Notes under the pieces: generated by a model | Told to the model about the DNA's origin: nothing | The model's database searches: none | Seen by the model: the letters and a program-made list of their open reading frames with translations, nothing else | Translations under genes and position numbers: made by a program | In this document: positions 38,324 to 50,597 of the stretch, in pieces | Layout: every line of letters begins with the position of its first letter | How positions within the stretch are numbered: position 1 is the stretch's first letter | NCBI RefSeq assembly: GCF_963921235.1 | Contig: NC_086097.1 | Span: forward strand, 64,544,001-64,608,000 | From: Mobula hypostoma | Lineage: Eukaryota | DNA length: 64,000 bases | Direction: 5' to 3'

Positions 38324-38401
38324 AAGTCCTGGAGAAGGGTCTTGGCCTGAAATATCGACTATTTGACCTGCTGAGTACCTCCTTGGTTTTGTGCGTGTTA
38401 G
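38324..38401 (+). mobile_element. About 78-bp Penelope-terminus insertion made mostly of a hammerhead-like motif
   Basis: AGTC-CTGGAGA-AGGGTCTTGGCCT-GAAA-TATC-GACT, with near-TSD TCTACAATGAAC / TCCACAATAAAC. Confidence 0.7.
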
Positions 38402-40334
38402 TCCACAATAAACTAATTGATGATATATGCCTCTCTCACTTGGCATTGATGAGCTTATTATGGATATCTTGGAAAGAGATGCCGAAGGAGCCCAGGGTGC
38501 AGTAGATCATTGACCTCATGGCAAAACGTTGGTCAAAGTCAAAGGGAACAGAGGTTGGAAATCTTTTCCCTTGGTCAGCACACTGAAAGACCTGCAGAAG
38601 AGTAGGATTTGGGCAGTGGAGGTAACTTCACATAAGCCCATAATGCCTTAATGAAAATATTTTTGGGAATGTTAGGAAATGCACATGGAGGCTGTATGTT
38701 TATCTAAGAGGGAGATAAGTCTGGAACAGCAGCAGGGAAATAGAAAAACTAAGGAGCTTTGAGGATTAGAACAGGGAGTTCAGTTCGTATAGTGCCCTAA
38801 ATGGGATCTATGATCACATGAAAAGTGGCTAGAAGAGTTGAGAAGGAAGTGGTGATGGGCTCAGGCCTGAAGCAGCAGTCAAAATGTACATGGGAACAGA
38901 CAAAAGAACTAAATTATATATGTTTGCTTGTGTAGAAATTATTAAGAGAACTCCGTCCTGGAGGTAAGAAAGTTGAGAGGGAAGCAGGAAAGAATCTGGA
39001 ACTAAATTCAGCGTTCCTAGGTAGAATCCTCATGGAGTATCAATGAATTATTTTCCTGTTTCAAAGACTGGCATGACCAGAAATTGTAACAACTGAGTGG
39101 GAGGGCAAAGGTCAAACAGAAGAGCAACAAAGAGCAAACCAATAAAAGTGGTTTGGTCTTCTTGCCCGAGAAGACTAGGATTTTGGAATTCAAAACACAG
39201 ATTCAATGCCAATTAAATATATGGTACATAATAGGGCAACATATTTTTATTTGTGTCTTTTAATATAGAGCAGAGCTTTGCAAAAAAAAGCTTTAGAAGA
39301 ACAAATGCCTGCCCAATTTGCTTGCTACTGTTTCTGGATTAGAAAGTGGCTTATTTTGCAATGCTTGAGGAATTTAACCTTTTTCTTTGTTTATGAGCTT
39401 TCTTACTTCAAGCTGTAAATATAAGAATTTGTCAAGGCCTTTTAAAACAGCTGTCATTCTTTTCTGCTGTACAATTGCAGTAATATAAAATTCGTCTATT
39501 TAATTGGAAGATTTAGATGAGAGGACCCAGCCAAATGATCAGAGCTGAAAATATAATCATTGAGCGATTCTAAATTTGAAAAGGTATACACAACCAGTTC
39601 AGCATTAGGCTGAGTGGATCCTCTTTCTTTCCAGAGGCTTTAAGTTAACTAAGGCTTTCTAGCTGAAAATTCACATCATAGACTCAGACCAACTGAGTAG
39701 ATGAATAAGATCGTTGAACTGTGTATTTTTAAATAGCTTTTAATAGTTAATAGTTGGTGCCGACGTTCATCAAGCAGCCTGGGTTCACAAGAGATTCATT
39801 AAACCCAGAACTGATAATCCCCACTGATTGATAACGATTCTCCAACAATCAAACATCATTCAGAAAAACAATTATGCTGCCATATAGCGATTAATTACAA
39901 TCTATATACAGCATAAAATATATACACACACATGCCATCAATTTGACTTGATGTTTCTAGCAGTAATTTTTACTCTGGTCACAGTTTTAATATGACTCAT
40001 TCAATAGCTCACTGTGGTGTACTGGTTTGGGTTATATGGTCCTGATGCATTCAGTGCTCTGGTATATAAGTGATCTTCAAAAATGTAGGCATAGCTTGAT
40101 TTCTGCTGTCTCAAAAATCCAATTGCACCCACTTTGCAACTGTGAAGAGGTTTCAGGACAGAAAAAACCTCCTAACATTTTTTGTGTGCTGTAAATTGTT
40201 AAAGGTCACCTCCATTTTACTTGTAAAATTACACAATTCATCTGGTAAATGGAAATCTTAGAAAATCACACCAGTTTATGACATAGTGTGTTAATAATGT
40301 TTAATTCAATTAAAAAGAATGCCAAGAAGATCTT

Positions 40335-40682
40335 GGGATGCAGAAGACTGAGGTGAGATTTGATAGAGGTATACAAAATTATCAGGAGAATAGATAGGGT
40401 AAATGCAAGCAGGCTTTTCCCACTGAGGTTGTGTGGGACTAGAGGTTATGGGTTAAAGTTGAAAGGTGAAATGCTTAAGCGGGACATGAAGGCAAACTTC
40501 TTCACTCAGAGGGTCCAGCACAACTGATGCATGCAAGTTCGATTCCAAAGCTTGAGAGAAGTTTGGATAGGTAAGTGGATGGGAGTAGTATGGAGGACTG
40601 TGGTCCCAGTGCAGGCTGATGGGAGTAGGCAGTTTAAATAATGTTTCTGTGCTGTACTTTTCTATGATTCTATGACTCTAAG
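40335..40682 (+). mobile_element. CR1 3' end
   Basis: RRLR.DLIEVYKIIRRIDRVN, with tail TCTATGATTCTATGACTCTA. Confidence 0.85.
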
Positions 40683-40789
40683 AAGTTAATGCATTTATTT
40701 TTGATTCACCTCTGGCATTCTGATCATTATTAGGTGTGGGAGGATCTATAATAAGTCACATCACCATTGGTGGTTACGTTAGGATATTG

Positions 40790-41110
40790 TGCATTAAAGT
40801 TTCACACCCTCTGTTCCAAATGTGTCCAGGGCCGAGACCGACAGTCTGAAGTTTGCTGAGAAAACAGTGCAATCTCAGACCTCTAACTCCTGAGTGTTAG
40901 GTCAAGACCAACTCTTCCTGCTCAGGTTAATCCAAAAGAATGGACTGTTATTCCATGAGGAGACAGGGAGTAGGTTGTCCATGGATAGTACCTTGACAAA
41001 TGCTTAAGGTTCAATCAAGGTGATGAAAACATTCTATTCCTGTCCATGAGCACGATCTTTTGTGAAAACATGTCCTGCATTTTGCTTATATTACAGGAGT
41101 GTAATTTCAC
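40790..41110 (+). mobile_element. Ancient Deu-domain SINE remnant
   Basis: CTCAGGTTAATCCAAAAGAATGGACTGTTATTCCATGAGGAGACAGGGAG and TGCTTATATTACAGGAGTG resemble the Deu domain as recalled. Confidence 0.5.
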
Positions 41111-41210
41111 TACATATTAGTGAAATTGAACATCACTACAACTGAGCATAACTTGACCTATGGTGGATACCCTATCATTTCTCCACATTGAATCCAATTT
41201 TCCTTTATTT

Positions 41211-42296
41211 TGTGATGGATATTCACTCTTCAGGGCCCAAGAGGCTTATTGTTAACCTCAGTTTCCTAGCACAGTGCCATGACCTTTCCAAAGGGTCAGA
41301 GCTGTCTGTGATAAAGTTAAACTTTTAACAAATATTCTTTGCTCAGCTTTTTGTTGTAAACAAAAACCAGCCTCCAGTTCCGAATATAATTTGCAAGCAA
41401 CAATCAGTTTGAAGTTGGACGCACAGCTTTGCAAATAACAGTGTTACAAAATACAAGCTGCTAGCCCACAACAGGTGGTTAGCTGCTAAGAGGTCTGGTT
41501 TGCAAAGTGAAATGACCAGGAGACTTCTGGTCTGCATTAGCCAAGGTAAGACAATGGAGTTATGTCACTTCGCACATCAAACATGGTGTGTACTTTAAGG
41601 GATCAGCCCCCACATCATTAATTGTGGATGTTTGGGATCTCTGTTGCCAGAAACATTTAAGGCCATCTATACGAGTTACTTTGTCCCAGAAAAGGTATCT
41701 GAGAAACACCACATGCAGATGTTGTCCAGTACAAAAATGTATAAACATCAGAAGCATTTGGGATTGTTAGGAATGACAAGGAGAATGATAGAAAGATGGG
41801 GTGACAGGAAGAAGAATGAGAATTCATTCCTCAACCTTTGATTTCTACAATGGACAACTCGATCATCAGCAACTTGTTGATATGTTCTCCTAGTCTGGAA
41901 GAATTGTAACTGTTTGGAAATCTGTTGAAGTCTGTAAAACTGCTGTAGTTTGGAAATCTTTTATAAATCAGAAATCCTCTGTGAGTGTTGAGAACTATTT
42001 AGCTAACTTTAAATGTGTAATGCTAAAAATAAAATAAACTGTGGTTAAACTACCGTGATAGCTGTAAGCATCTCCTTCTTGGTAGGGAGGAGAGATCCAC
42101 CACTCAAACAGTGGGTATTGGCAGCCAGGTTTCACCACAGAAAATAGTCAGGGAAGCAAGATGGTCTTTGAAGTGTAGGTGGTTACGGTATAACCTCTCC
42201 ATGGAGAGGGTACCCATGGACATGCTTAAATTGGACAGGACTTATATTTTCTTTTGAATGTAGGACTTAGCTGACAGGGAACCCAATACCATCATA
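41211..42296 (+). mobile_element. Solo LTR, same family as 17323-18425
   Basis: Ends TGTGATGG...CCATCATA. Shared block CCACCACTCAAACAGTGGGTAT. AATAAA at about 42027. Confidence 0.8.
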
Positions 42297-43724
42297 AGTG
42301 AATCTTTGTAACTTCCTGCTTCTAATTATACAACTCACTCTCCAAGCCAGGGTCAGGAAAACAGCTGAATCATGGAAGTTAAGTGCTGCTATCTTCTGTA
42401 CTGAAGTAAGTTCAGTCTTGCATGAATGTGCAGTCTCTGCAATCTAAGTTGAAAATGGCAGCAATGGATGTTGTCACTCCATGCTCTTTCCCATATCATA
42501 CGCTATTTGGGAATATCATTGCTAGATCGGAATCCCAGAACTCCATACTTGATGACTTTGCAGCAATACCAGAAGAAAGTTCATCCACTATTTTCTCAAC
42601 ACCAACAAGAGATGAACTACAAGTCCTAGCCTGGCCAGTAATGTTTTTATTCTAAAGGTGAAATGTTAAAAATAAAGCCATTACTAAACATAGTGGGCTA
42701 AATTAATGACAGAAAAATTATAAAAGGAATAATTATTTTCACAGTGCCTAAAAGTGCTTGTGTCCTTTCTCTGGAAATACAAAGTATGTCAGGTAGTATG
42801 AATTGTATTGTCTAGTGAAATGGATACTGTTTTATTTTCTTATTGAAGAAATTTTATTTTGAATAACGTAACTATTTTTTCATTGGAAAACAATTACAAC
42901 TAAGGCAAAATGATGTCTTGACAAATTTATGCTCCAAAGAATCAATTTCAAGACAGGTGAGCATCTGAGCATGAGTGCCAGGATTAAAATGCAACATTTT
43001 GTCATGGGCTTTCTCAATCTGTTCAGATCTATTTCACTTTTAACACTTGAAAATTTTCAACCTGGCCTTTCATATATCAGTGGTCCTGTTAGTTGTAGCC
43101 CAAATTTACAATTGGAATAAAACACCTAAAACAGTGCTTGAATTTAAAATGAAATGGGATATGAATTTAGCAAGTTAATCAATGAAAAATTAATCCAGCA
43201 GCAGTTTTTCCTTGCACTTCCTTGTATGAGGCTTAGTTATTCTCATTCTGAACTATTTATTAGGTTCTGCTGTTTTTTCTCCTGATTTTGTTTTTCCAAC
43301 TGTTTTTTCGCTATTTCTTACTCCTTCAAATCTATCATTTGTGCATATGATCTTTCTTTGAATTGTCCATTAGGAGTTCAATTAGGAGAATTGTCCACTA
43401 GAAGGAGCATGTGAGCACCTTGGGTATGATGTTCCTTCTGACAATCACATTCTCTCTGGGTAAGTTTACTGCTTGAACTCAGTACTACTTACAGAGTACT
43501 TCCTTCTTTTAATCAATTATTTGTTGTATAACTAAATACTTACACCATTTTCAAATGTCATCCCATATTTCTTCATTTCTATTTGTCCATCTGACCAAAA
43601 GGCCTTTGTGGGAATCACCGACAAATCCAGGTACATGAAATCTGAAATAATAATCAGTAAATGCTGAAAATATAATTCACATTAGTCATCAAGTAAAGAA
43701 AGAAACTTAACTTGTTAATCCGCA

Positions 43725-44090
43725 CCATTGTTTGCAAATCCCTTCCAGGGCTCATCCATCCCTATCATTGTAATCTACTCCAGCCCTACAACCTACCAAG
43801 GTTGCTGGCCCATCGAATTCTGTCCATCTGATTATTGCTAAATTTTACCACCCAACTATTGCCTATTTTACCTTCAGTTTCCTGGGCTATAGGCTCTGGA
43901 ATTCCCTGCCTAACCATCCCTCAAGCTTGATCATTCTTTCATTTCCTCAGATGATCTTTAAAAACCCACCAATTGACTAAGCTTTCAGGCCGCTGCAGCT
44001 TTCAACAATAAATGGTTTAGTATAAAGCTTTGTTTGATAAAGCTTTCTATGACATTTTTGCTGCTTTTGAGATTCTATATGAAAGCAACC
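43725..44090 (+). mobile_element. L2 LINE 3' end
   Basis: CCTTCAGTTTCCTGGGCTATAGGCTCTGGAATTCCCTGCC (FS..G.RLWNSLP) and CTTAAAAACCCACC...TTGACTAAGCTTT. Confidence 0.65.
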
Positions 44091-44164
44091 TATTACTTTC
44101 GGAGCCTGTATTTTCTTTTATTGAAAACAGACATATATTGTTACTCTGCTTGCTTCATAGGCTT

Positions 44165-44460
44165 TGGAATTGAAGTTTGAAATTGATTCATTTTTGTCAA
44201 ATGTATTGAGATACAGTACAGTGAAAGGCTTGTCTTGCATGTTGTTCATACATATAACAGCATTACATAATGCATTATTCAGAACGGAACGTAGAATAAA
44301 ATGCAACAGTTACAGAGAAAGTTAAGGTAGACAGTAAGGTACAAGATCATAATGAAGTAGATTGTGAGGTCAAGAGTCCATCTCACTGTACAAGAAAACC
44401 ATTCAATAGTCTTATAACAGTGGGGTAGAAACTGTCCTTGAGCCTGGTGGCACATGCTTT
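44165..44460 (-). mobile_element. Rex1/Babar-type LINE 3' end
   Basis: ORF 44383-44622 ends KACATRLKDSFYPTVIRLLNG. Confidence 0.75.
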
Positions 44461-44762
44461 ATAAAATGAATAACCACAGCTTTGTAAATGAAAAGCTTTT
44501 CTGTTCTTTATTCCTGCACCTAACTCAAAGCATGCAGTAAAGAAATCCAATATTTTAATATAACATGCATATAAAAATTTAATATACTCATGTAACCCTG
44601 CAGCAACTCTGTCCAATATCATAGGTTTCCAGATGCTAGTTCAGAGAATTCAAAACCCCCGAGGTCTATCCTGACTGTTGAGGTGGGATATTCAGTTCTT
44701 CCTGGTGGTCGTTTAAGTTTACAATATCAATGTGAAATGTTAGCTAAAGGAAGCTCAGGGAA

Positions 44763-45337
44763 TTGGAGTACTGTGGGCAGTTTGGGGCTCCTTATTTAAG
44801 AAAGGATGTGCTGACATTGGAGAGGGTTCAGAGAAGAGTCACTAGAATGATTCCGGGAATGAGAGGGTTAACATATGAGGAACGTTTGCCCGCACTTGGA
44901 CTGTACTCCTTAGAGTTTAGAAGAATGGGGGGCGGGGGTGGACCTCATAGAAACATTTCGAATGTTGAAAGGCATGGACAGAGTGGATGTGGCAAAATTG
45001 TTTCCCATGATGGGGGAGTCTAGTACGAGAGGGCATGACTTGAGGATTGAAGGGCACCCATTCAGAACAGAGATGCGAAGAAATTTTTTTAGCCAGAGGG
45101 TGGTGAATCTGTGGAATTTGTTGCCATGGGCAGCAGTGGAGGCCAAGTCATTGGGTGTATTTAAGGCAGAGATTGATAGGTATCTGAGTAGCCAGGGCAT
45201 CGAAGGTTATGGTGAGAAGGCGGGGGAGTGGGACTAAATGGGAGAATGGATCAGCTCATGATAAAATGGCAGAGCAGACTCGATGGGCCGAATGGCCGAC
45301 TTCTGCTCCTTTGTCTAATGGTCTTATGGTCTTATGG
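44763..45337 (+). mobile_element. Young 5'-truncated CR1, same subfamily as 110-1336
   Basis: ORFs 44763-45023 and 44938-45237 (FFSQRVVNLWNLLP), with a (TCTTATGG)n tail. Confidence 0.95.
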
Positions 45338-45796
45338 AATTACAGAGTAGCATAGAGCTGAATACTCCTCTCCTCTCTGCTGCCACACCTGAGGTATACT
45401 GGCATAGATATCATTAATTAGTAATTGTATGTCTATACGTTATGATGGCACATTTGCTATTTTAATCATTGTTTTACATTGAAGCGCCACATTAGAACAT
45501 GACAAAAGTCTTCCAAATTGCAATGATTCAGCTGCTTTGATTTATCAATGACAATTGTTTGCTTGTTCGTGAGCTTTCCATCAATGCACAACAAATCTTA
45601 TAAAAATAATATCTTAAAAATCAATATAAAATAAATCAAACTGGTAAAAAAAACTTCACTATCATTAATCCACACATTATTTCTGAATTTACTAAATGAA
45701 CAGAGGTTTCCCACTGGTTACAGCATGTTACACTTTTTAATAACCAGGTTGCCTTTGCAAAATAACATCAAATGTATTAATATTAGTCTCACAATG

Positions 45797-46500
45797 AAGT
45801 TCAAGTGAGTTCAAGTTTAAGTTTAATTGCCATTCAACTATATACATGAATACAGCCAAACCAAACAATGTTCCTCCAGGGTCAAGTGAAAATCGTAGTA
45901 CTAACAGTCACACACAGCACTTAGAGAACATATGGTTACGATAACAGAAAAACACAGTCGCAAAAACTGAAAAAAAAATATATAGCCCAAATCCTTGAGT
46001 GTCATGGCCTGCAGATTGATGGTCAGTGGCTCTCGTCACGTGCCACTGCAGCCGCAGACAAAAGCAATCCAACTCATCTTCCACTGAGTGACACTGGAGG
46101 GCAGCACCAATGAGAGTGGCCTACCCCCACCCAGTGCGGACTCCAGCTCTGGTGTCCCCTTCCCTGGACGGCTGCAGCAGGCAACCGATGGCATGAGGGT
46201 TTGATCAGCACAATACCCGAGGCCATGCAGCTCCCCTGCCAGCGGTCACACCAACGAAACAGGGAACTGGGCTAGGGGTATTCCACATTACCAAAGTCCA
46301 ACAGGGTCTTGCAATCACAAGAAAAACATCCAAGACAATCATTTGCACCATTTGTTGGACTGCACACTCTCTCTGACACTTTCCTGCTTGGGTGGTTGTA
46401 GCCAGCAGCAAAATGGTGCGCAACAAGTTCAGCTCCACCAGCATTGAACAACTTGCCAAACCATTGCACTCTTTTTGGGGCCCAGAAAGGCCATTGCAAT
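45797..46500 (-). mobile_element. Non-autonomous SINE-like retroelement with a (TTGAAC)n-type tail
   Basis: GC-richer body. The antisense tail GTTCAAGTGAGTTCAAGTTTAAGTTTAATTG and AACAATGTTCCTCCAG resemble the 22263 family tail. Confidence 0.55.
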
Positions 46501-47309
46501 CTTATCGGAATGCCAACTCATTAAAAATTGTACTTCTGTAAAACTTAGAATGTTAGCAATTTTCAATTGTGCGTAACTAATTTTGGAAGAGTAAAGCTGA
46601 AATGTAATTCCAAAAAAATTATTGAATTCGTATCAGAGCGGTGTTTAGAAATTTTATAAATCTGAAACAGCAACTCAGGCTCTTTCAAATCTACCCACCT
46701 AAGATTTAAAACAGAGTTGGAACGTGAGACAGGTGACTTCAGGAAATGAACTGGTTATATAAAGTTAGAATGAGGCCTTCTACTCTCATGTTAAAATCAT
46801 TCTGTTCTTAATGCTTTCCAGACCTAGCAGCAGAAAGAAGAGTTAGTTTCATGAAGTGAGCTCCTTTCCAGTATTGCTGATTGGTTAAAAGGACCTGAAT
46901 GTTTCCTCCAGCCCGAGCCAAGTGCCAAATAAAGTACCTTCTCAATATGTCTGGTTTCCCTAGCTATCATCACTTTCAGACTTGAAGTAGTAAGCAGGTA
47001 ATTCTTCTATCCATCCAATGCCGAAGCCTTGCAGCTTAACTTGGCTTCCTTGGTCTCCCTATAGGGATTGGGGTTTATTGCATGAGAAATTCTGGTCACA
47101 AAACCCATGTTTATCCACTCCATTCAATTCAATACATCACAATCACAGTTCATGGTTAAAATTAAGAATTACTGTCATGTTTCAAAAATGTATCATTTCT
47201 GAATATATAGTGAACTATCTTTTCCGAATCAAAACTCCAACTGCAAAGCATTTCAAAAACGTGAATTTGTATAAGCTATGGTAGTTTACTTTTGAATGCA
47301 GATGAGCAG

Positions 47310-47510
47310 ATTTGAATTTATGGATCCCCATTACTTCATGGAGTTCTGGTTTCCTCCGACATTACAAAGATGTACATCTCTGGGGTAGTACGCCATGGCA
47401 TGCATGGCAAAACTTGCAAGCTAATCCTTGGACTGTATTCGTTGTTGATACAAAACAACACATTTCACTTGTATGTGTCGGTGTTCATGTGACAAATACA
47501 TCTTATCTTT
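47310..47510 (+). mobile_element. Decayed V-SINE fragment
   Basis: TTCTGGTTTCCTCCGACATTACAAAGATGTAC and a CATGTGACAAATACATCTTATCT tail. Confidence 0.5.
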
Positions 47511-48777
47511 TAAATGAATAAACATAAAAAATTATTGAAACTGTAAAATTTGAATGTGACGTCGATTACATTTCTGCTGACCTGAATCAAGGTGGTCAAA
47601 ATTGAAGTGAGAATAAAAAGTACTATTTTAAGGTTTAAAATATGAAATGCTGATCACATTATCATGACAGATTTTCACAGCCTGTTAAATGTTTGTCTGA
47701 GATGCTTTGCTTTCATTCTCAAAGGGAAGTGGAACACAGTGTGACATAGTCTCACCCTTGCAGAATGTAATGCATCCAGCTCAGCTGGTTCTAAACACAG
47801 AAAAGGGCCAAACCTAAGTATAATTACAACAAATGTGGATTGAAAATGTCAGCAACCTCTATCAGACACTGAGAATCCATGAACTGGCATGCCAGGAGGC
47901 TTTGCTATTTTGGTTGGGATAAAAAGAGCAGAACAAATAACTCCAATCTCAGCTACTTACATCTTTTAATGAATGCCCTTCACAATCAAGGCCTTCCTCA
48001 GTCTCACTGGTTGCAAGTGCTTCAGCTATTTAAACTGCTGATGTGACTCCTTAAAGCATATCGCTCATGATTCTATTTTCACTGATTCTATTTTATTTAA
48101 CAGCGTGTGTTCAAAATGAAAGAAACAACTTTAGTCACAAAAGTTGCCTTAAAAACTGCAAAGATATCTAACAATGCGACCCTCACCTGCATCTCCTCTA
48201 TTTCCAGGACATCAGCACTCACCCCATCTTCCCACCACCTTAACAGGGAAAGAGTTCCCCTTGTTCTCACCTATGACCCCATGAACCTCCACATCCAACA
48301 CATCAATCTCTGCAATATCTGCCATCTACGGGATCCTACCGCCAAACACATTTTTACCTCCCTCCCCGCTCTCTGCTTTCCTCAGGGTTCGTTCTCTCCA
48401 TGATTCCCTCGTTCATTCATCCCTCCCCACTAATCTCCTTCCTGGCACATATTCCTGCAAACAATAGAAATGCTATTCTTGCCCATTAACCTCCTTCCTC
48501 ACCTCCATTCATGGCCCCAACCAGTCCTTCCAGGTCAGGGAACACTTCACCTGCAAATTCATTGAGGTCACCTATTGTGCCCGGTGCACCTGATGTGTCT
48601 TACTCTGCATTGGTGAGAGCTGAGAACCACTTTGTCAAGCATCTCCGCTCCATCCACCAAAAGCAGAACTTCCCAGAGACCAAACATTTTGGTTCTGATT
48701 CCCATTCCCATTCCAGCATGTCAGCCCATGGCTTCCTCTTTTGCCACACTTTCAGAGTGGAGGAGAAATACCTCATA

Positions 48778-50246
48778 TACCGGAGGGTTCCTGTACTGTG
48801 GAAGACGTCCTGCCTAGTACCTGTGCCGAAGACGCCGTGCCCCAGCGGCCTCAATGAATACAGACCGGTGGCATTGACCTTCCACATCATGGAGACCCTG
48901 GAGAGACTTGTTCTGGAGCTGCTCTGGCCTACGGTCAGGCCACACTTAGATCCTCTCCAGTTCGCCTACCAGCCCCAACTAGGAGTTGAGGATGCCGTCG
49001 TCTACCTGCTGAACCATGTCTACGCCCACCTGGACAAGTCAGCGAGCACTGTGAGGATCATGTTTTTTGACTTCTCCAGTGCGTTCAACACCATCCGCCC
49101 TGCTCTGCTGGGGGAGAAGCTGACAGCGATGCAGGTGGATGTTTCCCAGGTGTCATGGATTCTTGAATACCTGACTGGCAGACCACAGTACGTGTGCTTG
49201 CAACACTGTGTGTCCGACAGAGTGATCAGCAGCACTGGGGCTCCACAGGGGACTCTCTTATCTCCCTTTCTCTTCACCATTTACACCTCAGACTTCAACT
49301 ACTGCACAGAGTCTTGTCATCTTCAGAAGTTTTCGGATGACTCTGCCATAGTTGGATGCATCAGCAAGGGAGATGAGGTTGAGTACAGGGCTACGGTAGG
49401 AAACTTCGTCACTTGGTGTGAGCAGAATTATCTGCAGCTTAATGTGAAAAAGACTAAGGAGCTGGTGGTAGACCTGAGGAGAGCTAAGGTACCAGTGACC
49501 CTTATTTCCATCCAGGGGGTCAGTGTGGACATGGTGAAGGATTACAAATACCTGGGGATACAAATGGACAATAAACTGGACTGGTTTAAGAACACTGAGG
49601 CTGGTTTAAGAACACTGAGGGTCAGAGCCGTCTCTATTTCCTGAGGAGACTGAGGTCCTTTAACATCTGCTGGACGATGCTGAGGATGTTCTACGAGTCT
49701 GTGGTGGCCAGTGCTATCATGTTTGCTGTTGTGTGCTGGAGCAGCAGGCTGAGGGTAGCAGACACCAACAGAATCAATAAACTCATTCGTAAGGCCAGTG
49801 ATATTGTGGGGATGGAACTGGACTCTCTCACGGTGGTGTCTGAAAAGAGGATGCTGTCTAAGTTGCATGCCATCTTGGTCAATGTCTCCCATCCACTACA
49901 TAATGTACTGGGTGGGTACAGGAGTACATTCAGCCAGAGACTCATTCCACTGAGATGCAGCACAGAGTGTCATAGGAAGTCATTCCTGCCTGTGGCCATC
50001 AAACTTTACAACTCCTCCCTTGGAGGGTCAGACACCCTGAGTGATAGGCTGGTCCTGGACTTACTTCATAATTTACTGGCATAATTTACATATTACTATT
50101 TAACTATTTATTACTATTTTCTATTACTATTTATTATTTAATAATAGTAATATTACTTTAACTATTTCTATTACTATTTAATATTTATGGTGCAACTGTA
50201 ACGAAAACCAATTTCCCCCGGGATCAATAAAGTATGACTATGACTA
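48778..50246 (+). mobile_element. 5'-truncated Rex1/Babar LINE with an open RT domain
   Basis: WKTSCLVPVPK, YRPVALT, DPLQFAYQ, FFDFSSAFNTI, GAPQGTLLSPFLFTIYTSD and KFSDDSAIVG. ORF 49677-50084 is the C-terminus. Tail AATAAAG(TATGAC)n. Confidence 0.95.
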
Positions 50247-50563
50247 TTCCGTCTGGGTAGCCTCCAACCTGATGGTATGTACATCGATTTCTCCTTCTGA
50301 TACTTTTTCTCCTCCCCCCTCACTCTTTTATTCTCCACTCTGGTCTCTTATTTCTTCTCCTCATTGGCCATCACCTCCTAGTGGTGCCCCTCTTTCTTTC
50401 CTTTCTCCCATGGTCCACTCTCCTCACCAATCAGATTCCTTCTTCTCCAGCCCTTTACTTTTCCCACCCACCTGGCTTCACCTCTCACATTCGAGCAAGT
50501 CCTCATTACTCTCCCCCCCCCCCAACCACCTTTTTAATCTGGTGTCTTCGTCTTCCCTTTTCT

Positions 50564-50597
50564 GTCCTGAAGAAGGATCTTGGCCCGAAATGGTGAC
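50564..50597 (+). ncRNA. Minimal hammerhead-ribozyme-like motif of the Penelope terminus (cleavage triplet degenerate)
   Basis: GTC-CTGAAGA-AGGATCTTGGCCC-GAAA-TGGT-GAC: CUGANGA and GAAA core, with stem I GTC/GAC. Confidence 0.55.

Noticed and set aside
17323..42296. One 25-kb LTR element bounded by the two homologous LTRs
   Set aside because: The first LTR has its own near-TSD inside a collinear CR1, the copies are strongly diverged, and there is no PBS or internal retroviral sequence.
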